Shown one piece after another: positions 1-12,567 of a DNA stretch of 64,000 nucleotides (position 1 is its first letter; every line of letters starts with the position of its first letter). The DNA comes from Escherichia coli (lineage in GTDB: Bacteria; Pseudomonadota; Gammaproteobacteria; Enterobacterales; Enterobacteriaceae). A program made the translations under genes and the position numbers. The DNA is taken from assembly GCF_036507355.1 (NCBI RefSeq), contig NZ_AP027877.1, one strand, 5' to 3'. Under the pieces are notes generated by a model. It did not search any database. It saw only the letters and a program-made list of their open reading frames with translations, and was not told where the DNA came from.

Positions 1-210
1 GTTTATCTTTCTCTTTCAGCGACTCGATGATCAGGCTCTGAACGGTATGTTTAAGTACGTCGGCGTGGTTGCCAGCGTGAAAGCTGTGGCGATAACTGAG
101 CATGGGTAAAGGTGTTCCGGTAAGTAAAAATCGGCCCGTATTCGGGGCGCACAAAAGCCTATCAGGACAGTATACCGAAAAGAGGCCGCCGCCGCGAAAG
201 CGTAACGTTT

Positions 211-245
211 CTCATTGAAATTCACTACACTTAACCCCATGCTAC
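211..245 (+). promoter_or_regulatory. sigma32 (heat-shock) promoter upstream of prlC
   Basis: ATTGAAA followed about 14 nt later by CCCCATGCTA, matching the sigma32 -35 CTTGAAA / -10 CCCCATnT consensus, about 60 nt upstream of the prlC start. Confidence 0.7.
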
Positions 246-305
246 ACACATTATGTAAAGCGCCTGTTGAGCGCTTCCTTAACCTCTTTAACCAGGACTG
301 CGCTA

Positions 306-2348
306 ATGACGAATCCGTTACTGACTCCCTTTGAATTGCCTCCGTTTTCTAAAATTCTCCCGGAACATGTCGTTCCAGCCGTGACTAAGGCATTGAATGA
401 CTGCCGCGAAAATGTGGAGCGCGTAGTAGCGCAAGGAGCACCGTACACCTGGGAAAATCTCTGCCAGCCGTTGGCGGAAGTGGACGATGTGTTGGGGCGT
501 ATTTTCTCCCCGGTCAGCCACCTGAACTCGGTGAAAAATAGCCCGGAATTGCGCGAAGCGTACGAACAAACTCTGCCGCTGCTGTCGGAATACAGCACCT
601 GGGTAGGGCAACATGAAGGGCTGTATAAAGCGTACCGCGACCTGCGCGATGGCGATCATTACGCCACGCTGAACACGGCTCAGAAAAAAGCGGTTGATAA
701 CGCACTGCGCGATTTTGAACTCTCAGGCATCGGTCTGCCGAAAGAGAAACAACAGCGTTACGGCGAAATTGCCACTCGTCTTTCTGAACTGGGCAACCAG
801 TACAGCAACAACGTCCTTGATGCGACGATGGGCTGGACCAAACTCGTTACCGACGAAGCGGAACTGGCGGGGATGCCAGAAAGCGCGCTGGCTGCGGCAA
901 AAGCCCAGGCCGAAGCGAAAGAGCTGGAAGGCTACCTGTTGACGCTGGATATCCCAAGCTACTTGCCGGTAATGACCTACTGCGACAACCAGGCCTTGCG
1001 TGAAGAGATGTATCGTGCTTACAGCACCCGCGCTTCAGATCAAGGTCCAAACGCCGGTAAATGGGATAACAGCAAGGTGATGGAAGAGATCCTCGCTCTG
1101 CGTCACGAACTGGCGCAACTGCTGGGTTTTGAAAACTACGCCTTTAAATCCCTTGCCACTAAAATGGCAGAAAATCCGCAGCAGGTGCTTGATTTCTTAA
1201 CCGATCTGGCAAAACGCGCGCGTCCGCAAGGTGAAAAAGAGCTGGCGCAACTGCGTGCCTTCGCTAAAGCCGAATTTGGCGTGGATGAGTTGCAGCCGTG
1301 GGATATCGCGTACTACAGCGAAAAACAAAAACAGCACCTCTACAGCATCAGCGACGAGCAGCTGCGTCCGTACTTCCCGGAAAACAAAGCGGTTAACGGC
1401 CTGTTTGAAGTGGTGAAACGTATTTACGGCATCACCGCTAAAGAGCGTAAAGATGTTGATGTCTGGCATCCGGATGTACGTTTCTTCGAACTGTATGACG
1501 AGAACAACGAACTGCGCGGCAGCTTCTACCTCGACCTGTATGCCCGTGAAAACAAGCGCGGCGGGGCGTGGATGGATGACTGCGTAGGCCAGATGCGTAA
1601 AGCCGACGGTTCGCTGCAAAAACCGGTCGCGTATCTGACCTGTAACTTTAACCGCCCGGTAAATGGTAAACCGGCGCTGTTTACCCATGACGAAGTGATC
1701 ACTCTGTTCCACGAGTTCGGTCATGGTCTGCACCATATGCTGACCCGCATTGAAACTGCCGGTGTATCTGGTATCAGCGGGGTGCCGTGGGATGCAGTCG
1801 AACTGCCGAGCCAGTTTATGGAAAACTGGTGCTGGGAGCCGGAGGCGCTGGCGTTTATCTCTGGTCACTACGAAACCGGCGAACCGCTGCCGAAAGAGTT
1901 GCTGGATAAAATGCTGGCGGCGAAGAACTACCAGGCGGCGCTGTTTATTCTGCGCCAATTAGAGTTCGGTCTGTTCGATTTCCGCCTCCATGCAGAGTTC
2001 CGCCCGGATCAGGGAGCGAAAATCCTCGAAACCCTGGCAGAAATCAAGAAACTGGTTGCCGTGGTGCCGTCTCCGTCCTGGGGTCGTTTCCCGCACGCTT
2101 TCAGCCATATTTTCGCCGGTGGTTATGCCGCAGGTTACTACAGCTACCTGTGGGCCGATGTGCTGGCGGCAGATGCCTTCTCGCGCTTTGAGGAAGAGGG
2201 TATTTTCAACCGTGAAACCGGGCAGGCGTTCCTCGACAATATTCTGAGCCGTGGCGGTTCAGAAGAGCCGATGGATCTGTTCAAACGCTTCCGTGGTCGT
2301 GAGCCGCAACTGGATGCGATGCTGGAGCATTACGGCATTAAGGGCTGA
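306..2348 (+). CDS. prlC: oligopeptidase A (M3 zinc metallopeptidase)
   Basis: ORF 267..2348; HEFGH zinc motif; N-terminus [14 protein letters not shown] places the likely start at the internal ATG (306). Confidence 0.95.
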   Translation: MTNPLLTPFELPPFSKILPEHVVPAVTKALNDCRENVERVVAQGAPYTWENLCQPLAEVDDVLGRIFSPVSHLNSVKNSPELREAYEQTLPLLSEYSTWVGQHEGLYKAYRDLRDGDHYATLNTAQKKAVDNALRDFELSGIGLPKEKQQRYGEIATRLSELGNQYSNNVLDATMGWTKLVTDEAELAGMPESALAAAKAQAEAKELEGYLLTLDIPSYLPVMTYCDNQALREEMYRAYSTRASDQGPNAGKWDNSKVMEEILALRHELAQLLGFENYAFKSLATKMAENPQQVLDFLTDLAKRARPQGEKELAQLRAFAKAEFGVDELQPWDIAYYSEKQKQHLYSISDEQLRPYFPENKAVNGLFEVVKRIYGITAKERKDVDVWHPDVRFFELYDENNELRGSFYLDLYARENKRGGAWMDDCVGQMRKADGSLQKPVAYLTCNFNRPVNGKPALFTHDEVITLFHEFGHGLHHMLTRIETAGVSGISGVPWDAVELPSQFMENWCWEPEALAFISGHYETGEPLPKELLDKMLAAKNYQAALFILRQLEFGLFDFRLHAEFRPDQGAKILETLAEIKKLVAVVPSPSWGRFPHAFSHIFAGGYAAGYYSYLWADVLAADAFSRFEEEGIFNRETGQAFLDNILSRGGSEEPMDLFKRFRGREPQLDAMLEHYGIKG

Positions 2349-2355
2349 TCATTCA

Positions 2356-3108
2356 GTGAAAATCTGCTTAATTGATGAAACAGGCGCCGGAGACGGCGCC
2401 TTATCTGTTCTGGCGACCCGCTGGGGGCTGGAGCACGATGAAGACAATCTGATGGCGCTGGTGTTAACGCCGGAGCATCTGGAACTGCGCAAGCGTGATG
2501 AGCCGAAGCTTGGCGGCATCTTCGTTGATTTTGTCGGCGGGGCGATGGCGCACCGTCGCAAATTCGGCGGCGGACGCGGTGAGGCGGTGGCGAAAGCGGT
2601 GGGCATTAAAGGCGATTATTTGCCGGATGTGGTGGACGCTACCGCAGGGCTGGGGCGCGATGCCTTTGTGCTGGCTTCGGTCGGCTGCCGCGTGCGGATG
2701 CTGGAGCGTAATCCAGTCGTTGCCGCGCTACTCGACGACGGCCTGGCGCGTGGATATGCGGATGCGGAAATCGGCGGCTGGTTGCAGGAGCGTTTGCAGT
2801 TAATTCACGCCTCCAGCCTGACGGCGCTGACCGATATTACTCCGCGCCCGCAGGTGGTCTATCTCGACCCGATGTTCCCGCATAAGCAGAAAAGCGCGCT
2901 GGTGAAAAAAGAGATGCGCGTCTTTCAGTCGCTGGTGGGACCGGATCTTGATGCCGATGGATTACTGGAGCCTGCACGCTTGCTGGCGACCAAACGCGTG
3001 GTGGTAAAGCGCCCGGACTACGCGCCACCGCTGGCGAATGTCGCCACGCCAAACGCGGTAGTCACTAAAGGGCATAGGTTTGATATTTATGCCGGAACGC
3101 CAGTGTAA
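2356..3108 (+). CDS. rsmJ: 16S rRNA m2G1516 methyltransferase
   Basis: ORF 2251..3108; likely GTG start at 2356 just after the prlC stop, giving a 250-aa product beginning [10 protein letters not shown]. Confidence 0.85.
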   Translation: MKICLIDETGAGDGALSVLATRWGLEHDEDNLMALVLTPEHLELRKRDEPKLGGIFVDFVGGAMAHRRKFGGGRGEAVAKAVGIKGDYLPDVVDATAGLGRDAFVLASVGCRVRMLERNPVVAALLDDGLARGYADAEIGGWLQERLQLIHASSLTALTDITPRPQVVYLDPMFPHKQKSALVKKEMRVFQSLVGPDLDADGLLEPARLLATKRVVVKRPDYAPPLANVATPNAVVTKGHRFDIYAGTPV

Positions 3109-3156
3109 AAGTAAAGCAGGGTAGCGATAACGCTACCCTGCTTTCTGCAAGAATAA

Positions 3157-4626
3157 TTAATGGCTTTCCGGCGTCGCAATCATGCGTTTCAGCCACGGCA
3201 CCATCAACAGCATCACTACTGCAACGCCCAGTGTGACCAGACCAATCTTACCAAACACGTTGGTATAGACAGGCAACGTCTCAAGCGGATCGGTAATGTT
3301 GTCTGGTACTGCGGTAAATGTTGCCACATAGCCGCCCAGCAAGAACGCGGCAGCCTGCGTCAGGAACCACATCCCGAGAATAAAGCCCATCAAATGCTGC
3401 GGCACCAGGGCAGCAATCATCGCCAGGCCAAGGGCGCTAATAAACAGTTCACCTAAGCTCTGGAATAAGTACACCAGCACGATAAACCATGGCGATGTCA
3501 GCCCTTGTGCATCCGCAAACCACATTCCCGCAGCTGCCGCCGTCAAAAAGCCCAGTGAGCACATAAACATGCCGAGAGTAAATTTCATCGGCATGGAGAG
3601 GTCTTTGCCTTTATTCCCCAGATGGGTGTAGATACCTGCCAGTACCGGGCTGGCGAGCACCACCCAGAACGGGTTAAGCGCCTGGAAGCTCACCGGGTTG
3701 ATGGAAAAACCGAGAATTTCATGATGCACGTTGTTGATGGCAAAGAAGTTCAGCGACGTTGGCATCTGGGCGTAGAGAATGTAAAACACCACCGCTTCGA
3801 GCATCAGGACAAAGGCGACAAACATTTTATTGCGCCCGGTTTTATCCAGCTTGAATGCCTGACGAAAGAAGATGATGGTGACGACGATGGAGAGAACAAT
3901 CAGCACCAGATTGGCGACTTCTACGTTGTGCATCAGCCAGGCGCAGACGAAGATCATCACCACGCTGCCAAGTAATACGTACAACAGTTTGCTGAAGCTC
4001 ATTGGCCGGAAGTCGGGCTCAGAACCAATGTCTTTCACCATTCCACGACAGGCGATGTAAACCAGTAATGCGATAATTAACCCCGCCCCGCACAGGTTGT
4101 AGGTGACTGAATAGCCGAATCTATCAGCGATCACAGGGGCCAGCGATAACGCTATCAACGAGCCGATGTTGATCGACATATAGAACAGGGTGAATGCGCC
4201 ATCAAGGCGCGGATCTTTCGGCGGATAGCACTTCGAAAGCAAGCTGGCTGGGTTAGCTTTAAACAGGCCGTTACCGACAGCGATAGTCCCCAGGGCGATG
4301 AAAATCAGGTCAGGCTTAAGTAGCGACATGCCGGTCATGAAGTAGCCAATCGCCAGCACAAGTGCTCCGAGAACAATGGTGCGTTTGGTCCCCAGCAGGT
4401 GGTCGCCGACATAGCCGCCAATGGAAATGAGGCCATAGACCAGCGCAGCAAAAGCACCAAAAGTGACAAAAGCCTGCTCTTGCGAGAATCCAAGCTGTTT
4501 AACGAAGAAAACCGCCAGTACGCCCTGCACGCCGTAGTAGCCGAATCGCTCCCATAACTCGACAAAAAAGATCATGAAAAATGGGCGAGGTTGCTGCAGC
4601 ATCCCCATGGGTGTTGTTGTATTCAT
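3157..4626 (-). CDS. dtpB: dipeptide/tripeptide:H+ permease (POT family)
   Basis: 489-aa polytopic membrane ORF with POT-family signature; position between rsmJ and uspA. Confidence 0.9.
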   Translation of the reverse strand: MNTTTPMGMLQQPRPFFMIFFVELWERFGYYGVQGVLAVFFVKQLGFSQEQAFVTFGAFAALVYGLISIGGYVGDHLLGTKRTIVLGALVLAIGYFMTGMSLLKPDLIFIALGTIAVGNGLFKANPASLLSKCYPPKDPRLDGAFTLFYMSINIGSLIALSLAPVIADRFGYSVTYNLCGAGLIIALLVYIACRGMVKDIGSEPDFRPMSFSKLLYVLLGSVVMIFVCAWLMHNVEVANLVLIVLSIVVTIIFFRQAFKLDKTGRNKMFVAFVLMLEAVVFYILYAQMPTSLNFFAINNVHHEILGFSINPVSFQALNPFWVVLASPVLAGIYTHLGNKGKDLSMPMKFTLGMFMCSLGFLTAAAAGMWFADAQGLTSPWFIVLVYLFQSLGELFISALGLAMIAALVPQHLMGFILGMWFLTQAAAFLLGGYVATFTAVPDNITDPLETLPVYTNVFGKIGLVTLGVAVVMLLMVPWLKRMIATPESH

Positions 4627-4884
4627 ATTTATTAACCTTCCAATACCATCCTGAAAAGTATGAACGCGTAAGGGATAACGCGCGAAAAAGTTTACATCTG
4701 TCAGAGATTCTTAATATTGATGCGGTGAATAGATTAATACACTATTACAACAGAAAATAACCAGCTGATCACACTAATGATGGAAAATATGATGGTGTTA
4801 AATATTGTATTGGCTGGGGATTTTGATTGCGAACGCAGACCGTAGGCCAGATAAGGCGTTTACGCTAATCAGGTAACAAGGCGC

Positions 4885-4918
4885 GCCAAAAAGCAAAACG
4901 CCCGCATATGCGGGCGTT
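4885..4918 (-). terminator. intrinsic terminator downstream of uspA
   Basis: Perfect palindrome AACGCCCGCATATGCGGGCGTT followed on the minus strand by a T-rich run (TTTTGCTTTTT). Confidence 0.75.
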
Positions 4919-4942
4919 CAGGAACACGTCGTGGAGGGAAGA

Positions 4943-5377
4943 TTATTCTTCTTCGTCGCGCAGCGGAACAATCAGCATATCAACGTGAACGGTGTTGATC
5001 AGCTGACGTGCGGAAGACATCAGTTTGCTCCAGAAGTCCTGGTGGTGACCACAAACCACTAGATCCATATCGTATTTCTTGATTGCATCGACCAGAACCT
5101 GGCCCAGGTCGCCGCTGCCGCTCAGGGTTTCAGTGATTGGGTAGCCTGCATTAGTGGAAAGCTCGGTCAGCGCATGATGTGTCTCTTCAGAGATGCGTTT
5201 CTGCATATCACCAAGATTCACATCAATAAGCCCGGTATATAGGTCAGAGTAGTTTACATCTACGTGGATCAGAGAAACTTTCGCATTGTATGGGCGAGCC
5301 ATAGAGACTGCTTTCTCTACCAGAACTTTGCTTTCCGGGGAGAGATCGACCGCGATGAGAATGTGTTTATAAGCCAT
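4943..5377 (-). CDS. uspA: universal stress protein A
   Basis: 144-aa [19 protein letters not shown]..., Usp domain. Confidence 0.95.
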
Positions 5378-5767
5378 AGTGTTACTCCTTCCATAAAGTT
5401 GTCGATGACTGGCCAGCTAGCGTTTCTTGTGCCGTTACGTCACCCGCGTCCTGCGAACTACGTGCGCGGGGCTAACCCAGCCGTAAAGATTCAGTGTTAA
5501 GACCATCCTTACCTTATAGCGACCCGGATGATCCGTCAATCCGCCTTGCTTACCCGTTAGATAAACAAATTTTCGACATGAATATATTGATAGTGGTTAA
5601 CCTTCTGGAAAAAAAACAACCTGATCTCCTACACTATCTATAGAGCCGCTCGGATGTTGGTCACCACAAAAGCGGTTTCTCCAGGACCTGGTGTTAACTG
5701 ATTGGCAGCGTATCGGGAGCGGTAGCCCCGGGGTGGAACTCCGCGGGCAGGTCGCCGGGGAGGAGGT

Positions 5768-6103
5768 ATGATAAGCACCGTCGCATTATTTTGGGCTTTA
5801 TGTGTCGTTTGCATTGTTAACATGGCGCGCTATTTCTCATCACTACGCGCGTTGTTAGTGGTACTGCGTAACTGCGATCCATTGCTCTATCAATATGTTG
5901 ATGGAGGGGGCTTTTTTACCTCACATGGCCAACCCAACAAACAGGTGCGTCTCGTTTGGTATATCTATGCCCAACGTTATCGCGATCATCACGATGATGA
6001 GTTTATTCGCCGCTGTGAGCGGGTGCGTCGGCAGTTTATTCTGACCAGCGCATTGTGTGGTCTGGTGGTGGTCAGCCTGATTGCCTTGATGATTTGGCAT
6101 TAA
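5768..6103 (+). CDS. uspB: universal stress protein B (small membrane protein)
   Basis: 111-aa ORF with two hydrophobic segments, divergent from uspA. Confidence 0.9.
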
Positions 6104-6173
6104 GCACTTCAGCAATAATAACGCATAAAAAAAGCGGGCCAGTAAACTGACCCGCTCGTTTTGGTGCGTACTA

Positions 6174-7673
6174 TTACAGGAACTGCAAGGAGAGCCAGTA
6201 AAGCCCGCCGGAAAGCAGTACCGCAGCCGGAAGGGTAAACACCCAGGCCATCAGAATGCTGGTCACGGTTTTACGCTGTAAGCCGCCACCATCTACCACC
6301 ATCGTCCCCGCGACAGAAGAGGAGAGTACGTGAGTAGTGGAAACCGGCATCCCGGTATAACTCGCCAGGCCGATAGACACTGCCGCAGTCATCTGGGCAG
6401 ACATCCCCTGAGCGTAGGTCATGCCTTTCTTACCGATTTTCTCACCGATAGTCGTTGCCACACGACGCCAGCCAATCATCGTACCGATACCTAACGCCAG
6501 CGCGACCGCCATGATGATCCACACCGGTGCATACTCGATGGTGCTAAGCATGTCGGACTTCAGTTTCTTCAACAGGCGCTGATCGTCAGCACTCACGCCA
6601 GGCATCTTCACCACTTTGTCGATAGTGTCAGAAACGCACAGCATAATGCGGCGCATCTGGCTACGTTGATCAAGCGACAGCTTGTCGTAGCTTTCCACAT
6701 CGGTAGTCAACATGCCTTTCAGGCGGTTGAGCGCGTTAATGGTATTCGACGGATGGCAATGGAACTCCGCGGGTTGCGTTGCGCCAGCTTCCGGAGCCGG
6801 TACTAATTGATCAGCACCAGTAGCTTGTTTCAGCAGCGCAGGATGCTGCTCAAAGTAAGCTTCGACGTTGTTGATGGCATCACGGGTACGGGTGATTTCG
6901 TAGCCAGTGGCATTCATGTTCACCACGAAGCCTGCTGGTGCGACACCAATCAATACCAACATAACCAGACCAATGCCTTTCTGACCATCGTTTGCGCCGT
7001 GCGAAAACGCCACGCCGATAGCGGAAAGGATCAGCGCGATACGCGTCCAGAACGGTGGCTTTTTCTTGCCGTCTTTCTTTTCACGCTCCGCTGGGGTCAG
7101 GTGGATTCGGGCGCGTTTCTTGGTGCCGCTCCAGTAGCGACGCAGCAAGAAAATCAGACCGCCAGCAAACACCAGGCCGACAATAGGGGAAACGATCAGA
7201 GAACCGAAAATACTTAATACTTTCGGGATATTGAGTGCATCCACCACTGACGTCCCGGTCATCAACGCATTGGTTAAACCAATCCCGATGATCGCGCCAA
7301 TCAGCGTATGAGAGCTGGATGCAGGTAAACCAAAGTACCAGGTACCCAGGTTCCAGATAATCGCCGCCAGCAACATAGAGAACACCATGGCAAGGCCATG
7401 AGACGATCCCATATTAAGCAGCAGATCCGTCGGCAGCATATGCACAATGGCATAGGCAACACTCAGACCACCCAGCAAAACACCCAAAAAGTTGAACACC
7501 GCTGCCATAACCACGGCGAGCTGAGAACGCATCGCGCGGGTATAGATAACGGTTGCCACGGCGTTGGCTGTGTCATGGAAACCATTGATGGCTTCGTAGA
7601 ACAGCACAAAAGCCAGTGCAAGCAATAATAACAGCCCGGTATGCAAATCCAGGCCAGCAAACAAATGTAGCAT
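6174..7673 (-). CDS. pitA: low-affinity inorganic phosphate transporter
   Basis: 499-aa PiT-family membrane ORF. Confidence 0.92.
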
Positions 7674-7904
7674 AGGACGTTACGCCATTTTGAGGACATG
7701 AACGCGGCGCATTATCAGTGACTTTCGCGGCGCGGGCAAAGTGAAATATAGACTTTTTTTGATTTGCCTCCTGTATAGATTTCACTCAAAAAATAATTAT
7801 CTTATATAATTCAGGCAAATACTTCCTTTTAGTAATATTGATGCTGGTGCGACCACTGAGGAATCTTTACAATTCACGCCCGTTTTTTCTAAGAGGAGCG
7901 CAAC

Positions 7905-9107
7905 GTGGAAAGGTTTGATGCCATTATTATAGGCGCTGGTGCGGCGGGTATGTTCTGTTCTGCGCTGGCAGGTCAGGCAGGACGCCGGGTTCTGCTGATC
8001 GATAATGGTAAAAAACCAGGGCGCAAAATCCTTATGTCTGGCGGTGGGCGCTGCAACTTTACCAACCTTTATGTCGAACCGGGCGCTTATCTGAGCCAGA
8101 ATCCGCATTTTTGTAAGTCTGCACTCGCGCGTTTTACCCAGTGGGATTTCATTGATCTGGTCAATAAACACGGCATCGCCTGGCACGAGAAAACGTTAGG
8201 GCAACTCTTCTGCGATGACTCCGCTCAGCAGATTGTCGACATGCTGGTGGATGAGTGCGAGAAGGGCAATGTGACCTTCAGATTGCGTAGCGAAGTGCTG
8301 AGCGTGGAGAAGGATGATACAGGCTTCACGCTTGAACTGAACGGCATGACTGTCGGTTGCGAAAAGCTAGTCATCGCGACCGGTGGACTGTCAATGCCGG
8401 GGCTGGGCGCGTCGCCGTTTGGTTATAAGATTGCCGAACAATTTGGCCTCAACGTGCTGCCGACCCGCGCGGGTCTGGTGCCATTCACTCTGCATAAACC
8501 GTTGCTCGAAGAGTTACAGGTGCTGGCAGGCGTGGCGGTGCCTTCCGTGATTACCGCTGAAAACGGCACCGTTTTCCGTGAGAACTTACTCTTCACCCAT
8601 CGCGGCCTGTCTGGACCGGCGGTGTTGCAGATTTCCAGCTACTGGCAACCGGGGGAATTTGTCAGCATCAATCTGCTACCGGATGTGGATCTCGAAACCT
8701 TCCTGAATGAGCAGCGTAACGCACATCCGAATCAAAGCCTGAAAAACACACTGGCGGTTCATCTACCGAAGCGGTTGGTTGAACGCTTACAGCAAATCGG
8801 GCAAATCCCGGATGTCTCGCTAAAACAGCTCAACGTGCGTGACCAACAGGCACTGATTAGCACATTGACCGACTGGCGCGTACAACCCAACGGCACTGAA
8901 GGCTATCGCACTGCCGAAGTGACGCTCGGCGGCGTGGACACTAACGAACTCTCTTCACGGACGATGGAAGCGCGCAAAGTGCCTGGGCTGTACTTTATCG
9001 GCGAAGTGATGGACGTCACCGGCTGGCTGGGGGGCTATAACTTCCAGTGGGCGTGGTCGAGTGCATGGGCTTGTGCGCAGGATTTGATTGCAGCGAAGTC
9101 GTCCTGA
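7905..9107 (+). CDS. yhiN: FAD-dependent oxidoreductase (HI0933-like flavoprotein)
   Basis: 400-aa ORF with N-terminal GAGAAG dinucleotide-binding motif. Confidence 0.85.
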   Translation: MERFDAIIIGAGAAGMFCSALAGQAGRRVLLIDNGKKPGRKILMSGGGRCNFTNLYVEPGAYLSQNPHFCKSALARFTQWDFIDLVNKHGIAWHEKTLGQLFCDDSAQQIVDMLVDECEKGNVTFRLRSEVLSVEKDDTGFTLELNGMTVGCEKLVIATGGLSMPGLGASPFGYKIAEQFGLNVLPTRAGLVPFTLHKPLLEELQVLAGVAVPSVITAENGTVFRENLLFTHRGLSGPAVLQISSYWQPGEFVSINLLPDVDLETFLNEQRNAHPNQSLKNTLAVHLPKRLVERLQQIGQIPDVSLKQLNVRDQQALISTLTDWRVQPNGTEGYRTAEVTLGGVDTNELSSRTMEARKVPGLYFIGEVMDVTGWLGGYNFQWAWSSAWACAQDLIAAKSS

Positions 9108-9371
9108 CCTATTATCTAAAGATGAAAATTATTAGAGCCGCATTAAAAATGAGCTAATTTTGATAGTGGTTATCTTGTGATTATTTTCTAATGAGCCCGT
9201 GAGCTGAAACCCTCCATGCTTAATAAAAGGTGGAGGGAAAGTGATTGAAAACTCACCCAGTGATCAGCTCTTTATAAAACATGAACAGGTTGAAAAAGAC
9301 AGTAACTTTGCTGTTTTTTTATCCTTAACCACTATGCATTAATGCTGTGTTATTTCATTCTACCTAAGAAA

Positions 9372-9403
9372 AACCAGCGTTACGCAAATGGTCAACGCTG
9401 GTT
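9372..9403. terminator. bidirectional hairpin terminator downstream of yhiM
   Basis: Perfect 10-bp stem AACCAGCGTT / AACGCTGGTT with a 12-nt loop, flanked by T-runs on both strands. Confidence 0.6.
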
Positions 9404-9421
9404 TTATCCGGTACGTTGCAA

Positions 9422-10474
9422 TTATTTTTTAGCAGAACCCGCTTCTAATATTGAAACGATTGAGAACAACGTAAAGCATACCGCTCCCAAACCGACCAGA
9501 ACCCGCGAAGGAATAAAATATCCCATGTCGGTCTGCGCCATTTCCGCAAGAAACGATGCCAGAAAAAGGCAAAACAGACAGGTAAATACCGGTATCATCG
9601 GTATTCTGTTGGCTAACGAACAGGTACGTCTCCAGACCAGTGCCAGTAGCCAGACTTTTGAGAATATGCTGTAACAGATCATTCCCAAGCAAATGAGGAT
9701 AATACCGGGAGCCAGTCGGGCGCTTGCATCAGAACTGACTAACACGTATATGCCCTGCAGCACCGTGATTGAGCCGAGAAAAATAACCCAATAACACCAC
9801 AGCCAGTGCTCTTTGGAAGAGAACGTATTACGTGTTTGATGGACGATTGTGGCAACAAGGCCAATTAGACAGGCACAGATTGCGGTTAACCCGAGCAATA
9901 CGTGACCGGCGACATAATGCGGAGTTATGTCGGCACTACGTAACAGCGTAATAGACCAAATGAAACCGAGCAGGGTGAGTAACACGGGAACGGCAATGAG
10001 GCAATTACCGATTAATGAAGAATAAGCCTGTACCGGTGTTCCGTCGCTCTTGCTCCCCGCTGCGTTTTTAGGAATGAGCAGAAAGTGACCGGATGACGCT
10101 GCCACCGTCGATACACAGGCGGCAATCATACCAACGCCGAAAATAACATGGCCGGCGACAAACTCGTCTGCCATCACATCATTACCTGCTAACAGTGCCC
10201 AACCCCATATCATGGTGATAATTGACCCCGCATAGCCAATAATGGGGAACAATGTATTGTAAAACGTATTAACGCCGCGCGTGAGCTGCGAAATGATAAT
10301 AAATGCGGTAGTGAATAATGCCAGGCATATGGCTGCCAGAGAAATGAGCACATGACCCGCGACGAAATATTCGCTTTGCCCTGAACTTTCCAGCACAAAG
10401 CCACCTAACGCGATACAAATCAAGCCCATAATTAAAGGGATTAATTTGAAAAGCCACCCGATATATATGTTCAC
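9422..10474 (-). CDS. yhiM: inner-membrane protein YhiM (DUF2776)
   Basis: ORF 9422..10573; likely GTG start at 10474 preceded by GAGGAG RBS gives 350 aa starting VNIYIGWLFKL; multi-pass membrane protein; AT-rich codon usage. Confidence 0.8.
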   Translation of the reverse strand: MNIYIGWLFKLIPLIMGLICIALGGFVLESSGQSEYFVAGHVLISLAAICLALFTTAFIIISQLTRGVNTFYNTLFPIIGYAGSIITMIWGWALLAGNDVMADEFVAGHVIFGVGMIAACVSTVAASSGHFLLIPKNAAGSKSDGTPVQAYSSLIGNCLIAVPVLLTLLGFIWSITLLRSADITPHYVAGHVLLGLTAICACLIGLVATIVHQTRNTFSSKEHWLWCYWVIFLGSITVLQGIYVLVSSDASARLAPGIILICLGMICYSIFSKVWLLALVWRRTCSLANRIPMIPVFTCLFCLFLASFLAEMAQTDMGYFIPSRVLVGLGAVCFTLFSIVSILEAGSAKK

Positions 10475-10856
10475 TTTAAACTCCTCAGGTATCCCTGCTA
10501 ATATTGAAATGTGCATTAATGATAATTTCAGCCTGTTAATACAATGACGAGATATCATTAAAGACAAATGCATAGCATAACTATAGCGGGGTTTACTTTG
10601 CAGAGCGCTACTTTTCAGCGTTCAAAAGGCCATGATAAATAAATATTTATCCTAAGATTAATTCTTATTCTGTTGTTTTTTACGATTATCTTCCAGGGAG
10701 GGATTCTTTTTCATTATTTGGTAAAAGACCGGATGGTCTCGGTGCTTAAAATCAGCGAGCATATACGCATTATTGCTTTATATCGTCGAAAATATGTCTT
10801 TCAGACATGTATCATTTATTTTGTTACTAACAAGTCAAAAATATCACGGGTTATTT

Positions 10857-12467
10857 ATGAAAGTATTTCACAATATATTTAAGCACATCTCTTCAAACCA
10901 TCAAGATAAGCATCCAGATAAAGTTAACAGTCATCAACACCATGGCAAGGTTGATAAAAAACATCGTTCAAAGATAGTTGAAATTGATAAGCTGGATAAA
11001 CATTCGCAAATAGATAACGATTTTGGCCTGCATATCATCTATTTCCTGCAACATGGCTGCTGGAAGGTAACTGAACATAGTCCTCAGATAGAAAAAATAT
11101 GGTTTTACAATAGTGAGCCATCTATAGCTATTCAAGAATATAATAGTTTTGCCGACAATACTACTGACACGTTTATCTTTACAATTATACCAGACAATAA
11201 CCATGTGATAAAATTATCGTCTCCCATTACCGTTACGATTGAGCGTAAGGACGGTTATTATTTTATTAATTTCTCCGGGGATAAATCAGACATAATTTAT
11301 AAAGTTGATGGGTTTTCTATCAAAGAGAGAAATTTCTTTACTCTTCTTAGTGGTAATTTCAAACCTGACTGGCGTTGGGCTGTCTCTAAAGAGACGTTTA
11401 CTAAGGAAAAGTTTGATAGCTATGTTGAATCTGTTTTTTCAAAAATAGACTTTTATAAACAGTGTGGTGTGATTAACCCACAAAATGCCAACACGGCTTA
11501 TTTTGGCGATACAGATGGAAGAGTAGGCGCTGTACTTTATGCATTGCTCGTTTCAGGGCATATAGGCATCAGGGAAAAGGGGTGGAGTTTATTATGTGAT
11601 TTATTAGAACACGAAGACATGGCTTCATTCGCATATGAAAATAAAAAATTGGGAAAACTCTTCACTTTATTAGATAAGAGAGACATGTTCTTGAATGAGT
11701 TGCATCAACATGTTTTTTTAAAATGCGATGCGATTACCCCTTGTATCTTCCTTGGGGATCATACAGGCGATAGATTTAGTACTATTTTTGGTGATAAATA
11801 TATCCTTACTTTGCTAAATTCTATGCGAAATATGGAGGGTAATAAAGATAGTCGTATAAATAAAAATGTCGTTGTTCTGGCTGGAAATCATGAAATCAAT
11901 TTTAATGGTAACTATAGTGCACGACTAGCAAATCATAAACTCTCTTCCGGTGATACATATAACTTAATTAAAACGCTCGATGTTTGTAATTATGACTCAG
12001 AAAGGCATGTTTTAACCAGTCATCACGGAATAATAAGGGATGAAGAAAATAAATGTTATTGTCTCGGTGCTTTGCAGGTTCCATTTAATCAGATGAAAAA
12101 TCCTACTGATCCTGAGGAATTAGCATATATATTTAATAAAAAACATAAACAACATATGGATGATCATCTTTTCCATCTAATTAGAAGCAATACTATGGCA
12201 CCCACACCTGTATATGCTGATTATTTAAATAACACTACTGATTTCAGACCAGATCCTGAAGATATCTTCAAATGTGGACAGACGCTCGAATGTGGCGACC
12301 CCCGCAAAAACATTAGACAAAAATATGGCCATCATGGGTTAGGGGTAAATCAGAATCAACAATTTGATAATGGTGTTATGGGGCTAAATTCCAGGGTGGC
12401 AGTGTTTGATGAAAATAAAAAAATAATAGGTTCTTCCTCAGGGCTTAGTTGTTTTCAACCACATTAA
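10857..12467 (+). CDS. yhiL: DUF4049-like protein, paralog of YhiJ; intact here
   Basis: ORF 10773..12467 (first ATG at 10773 also possible); shares motifs YFGDTDGRVGAVLYAL, TPCIFLGDHTGDRFS, VLAGNHEIN with the downstream paralog; AT-rich. Confidence 0.7.
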   Translation: MKVFHNIFKHISSNHQDKHPDKVNSHQHHGKVDKKHRSKIVEIDKLDKHSQIDNDFGLHIIYFLQHGCWKVTEHSPQIEKIWFYNSEPSIAIQEYNSFADNTTDTFIFTIIPDNNHVIKLSSPITVTIERKDGYYFINFSGDKSDIIYKVDGFSIKERNFFTLLSGNFKPDWRWAVSKETFTKEKFDSYVESVFSKIDFYKQCGVINPQNANTAYFGDTDGRVGAVLYALLVSGHIGIREKGWSLLCDLLEHEDMASFAYENKKLGKLFTLLDKRDMFLNELHQHVFLKCDAITPCIFLGDHTGDRFSTIFGDKYILTLLNSMRNMEGNKDSRINKNVVVLAGNHEINFNGNYSARLANHKLSSGDTYNLIKTLDVCNYDSERHVLTSHHGIIRDEENKCYCLGALQVPFNQMKNPTDPEELAYIFNKKHKQHMDDHLFHLIRSNTMAPTPVYADYLNNTTDFRPDPEDIFKCGQTLECGDPRKNIRQKYGHHGLGVNQNQQFDNGVMGLNSRVAVFDENKKIIGSSSGLSCFQPH

Positions 12468-12530
12468 AACTCAATGAGTGCTGTGGTATATCTTTTTAAT
12501 GCTGCCAGTATTTCATAGGTTTTCTTAATC

Positions 12531-12567
12531 GATTGTAGAGGTATGTGCTGATGACGCCTCTACAATC
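12531..12567 (+). terminator. stem-loop between the yhiL and yhiJ paralogs
   Basis: Perfect 11-bp inverted repeat GATTGTAGAGG ... CCTCTACAATC with a 15-nt loop, about 65 nt after the yhiL stop; only a short T tract follows. Confidence 0.45.

Noticed and set aside
267-305. N-terminal extension of the prlC ORF (MSASLTSLTRTAL)
   Set aside because: The internal ATG at 306 yields the conserved N-terminus and leaves room for the sigma32 promoter; the extension is probably untranslated.
4627-4942. Short ATG-initiated frame (about 20 codons) and a REP-like segment in the dtpB-uspA spacer
   Set aside because: Frame too short and without an SD; the REP-like similarity is partial. Only the uspA terminator hairpin is called.
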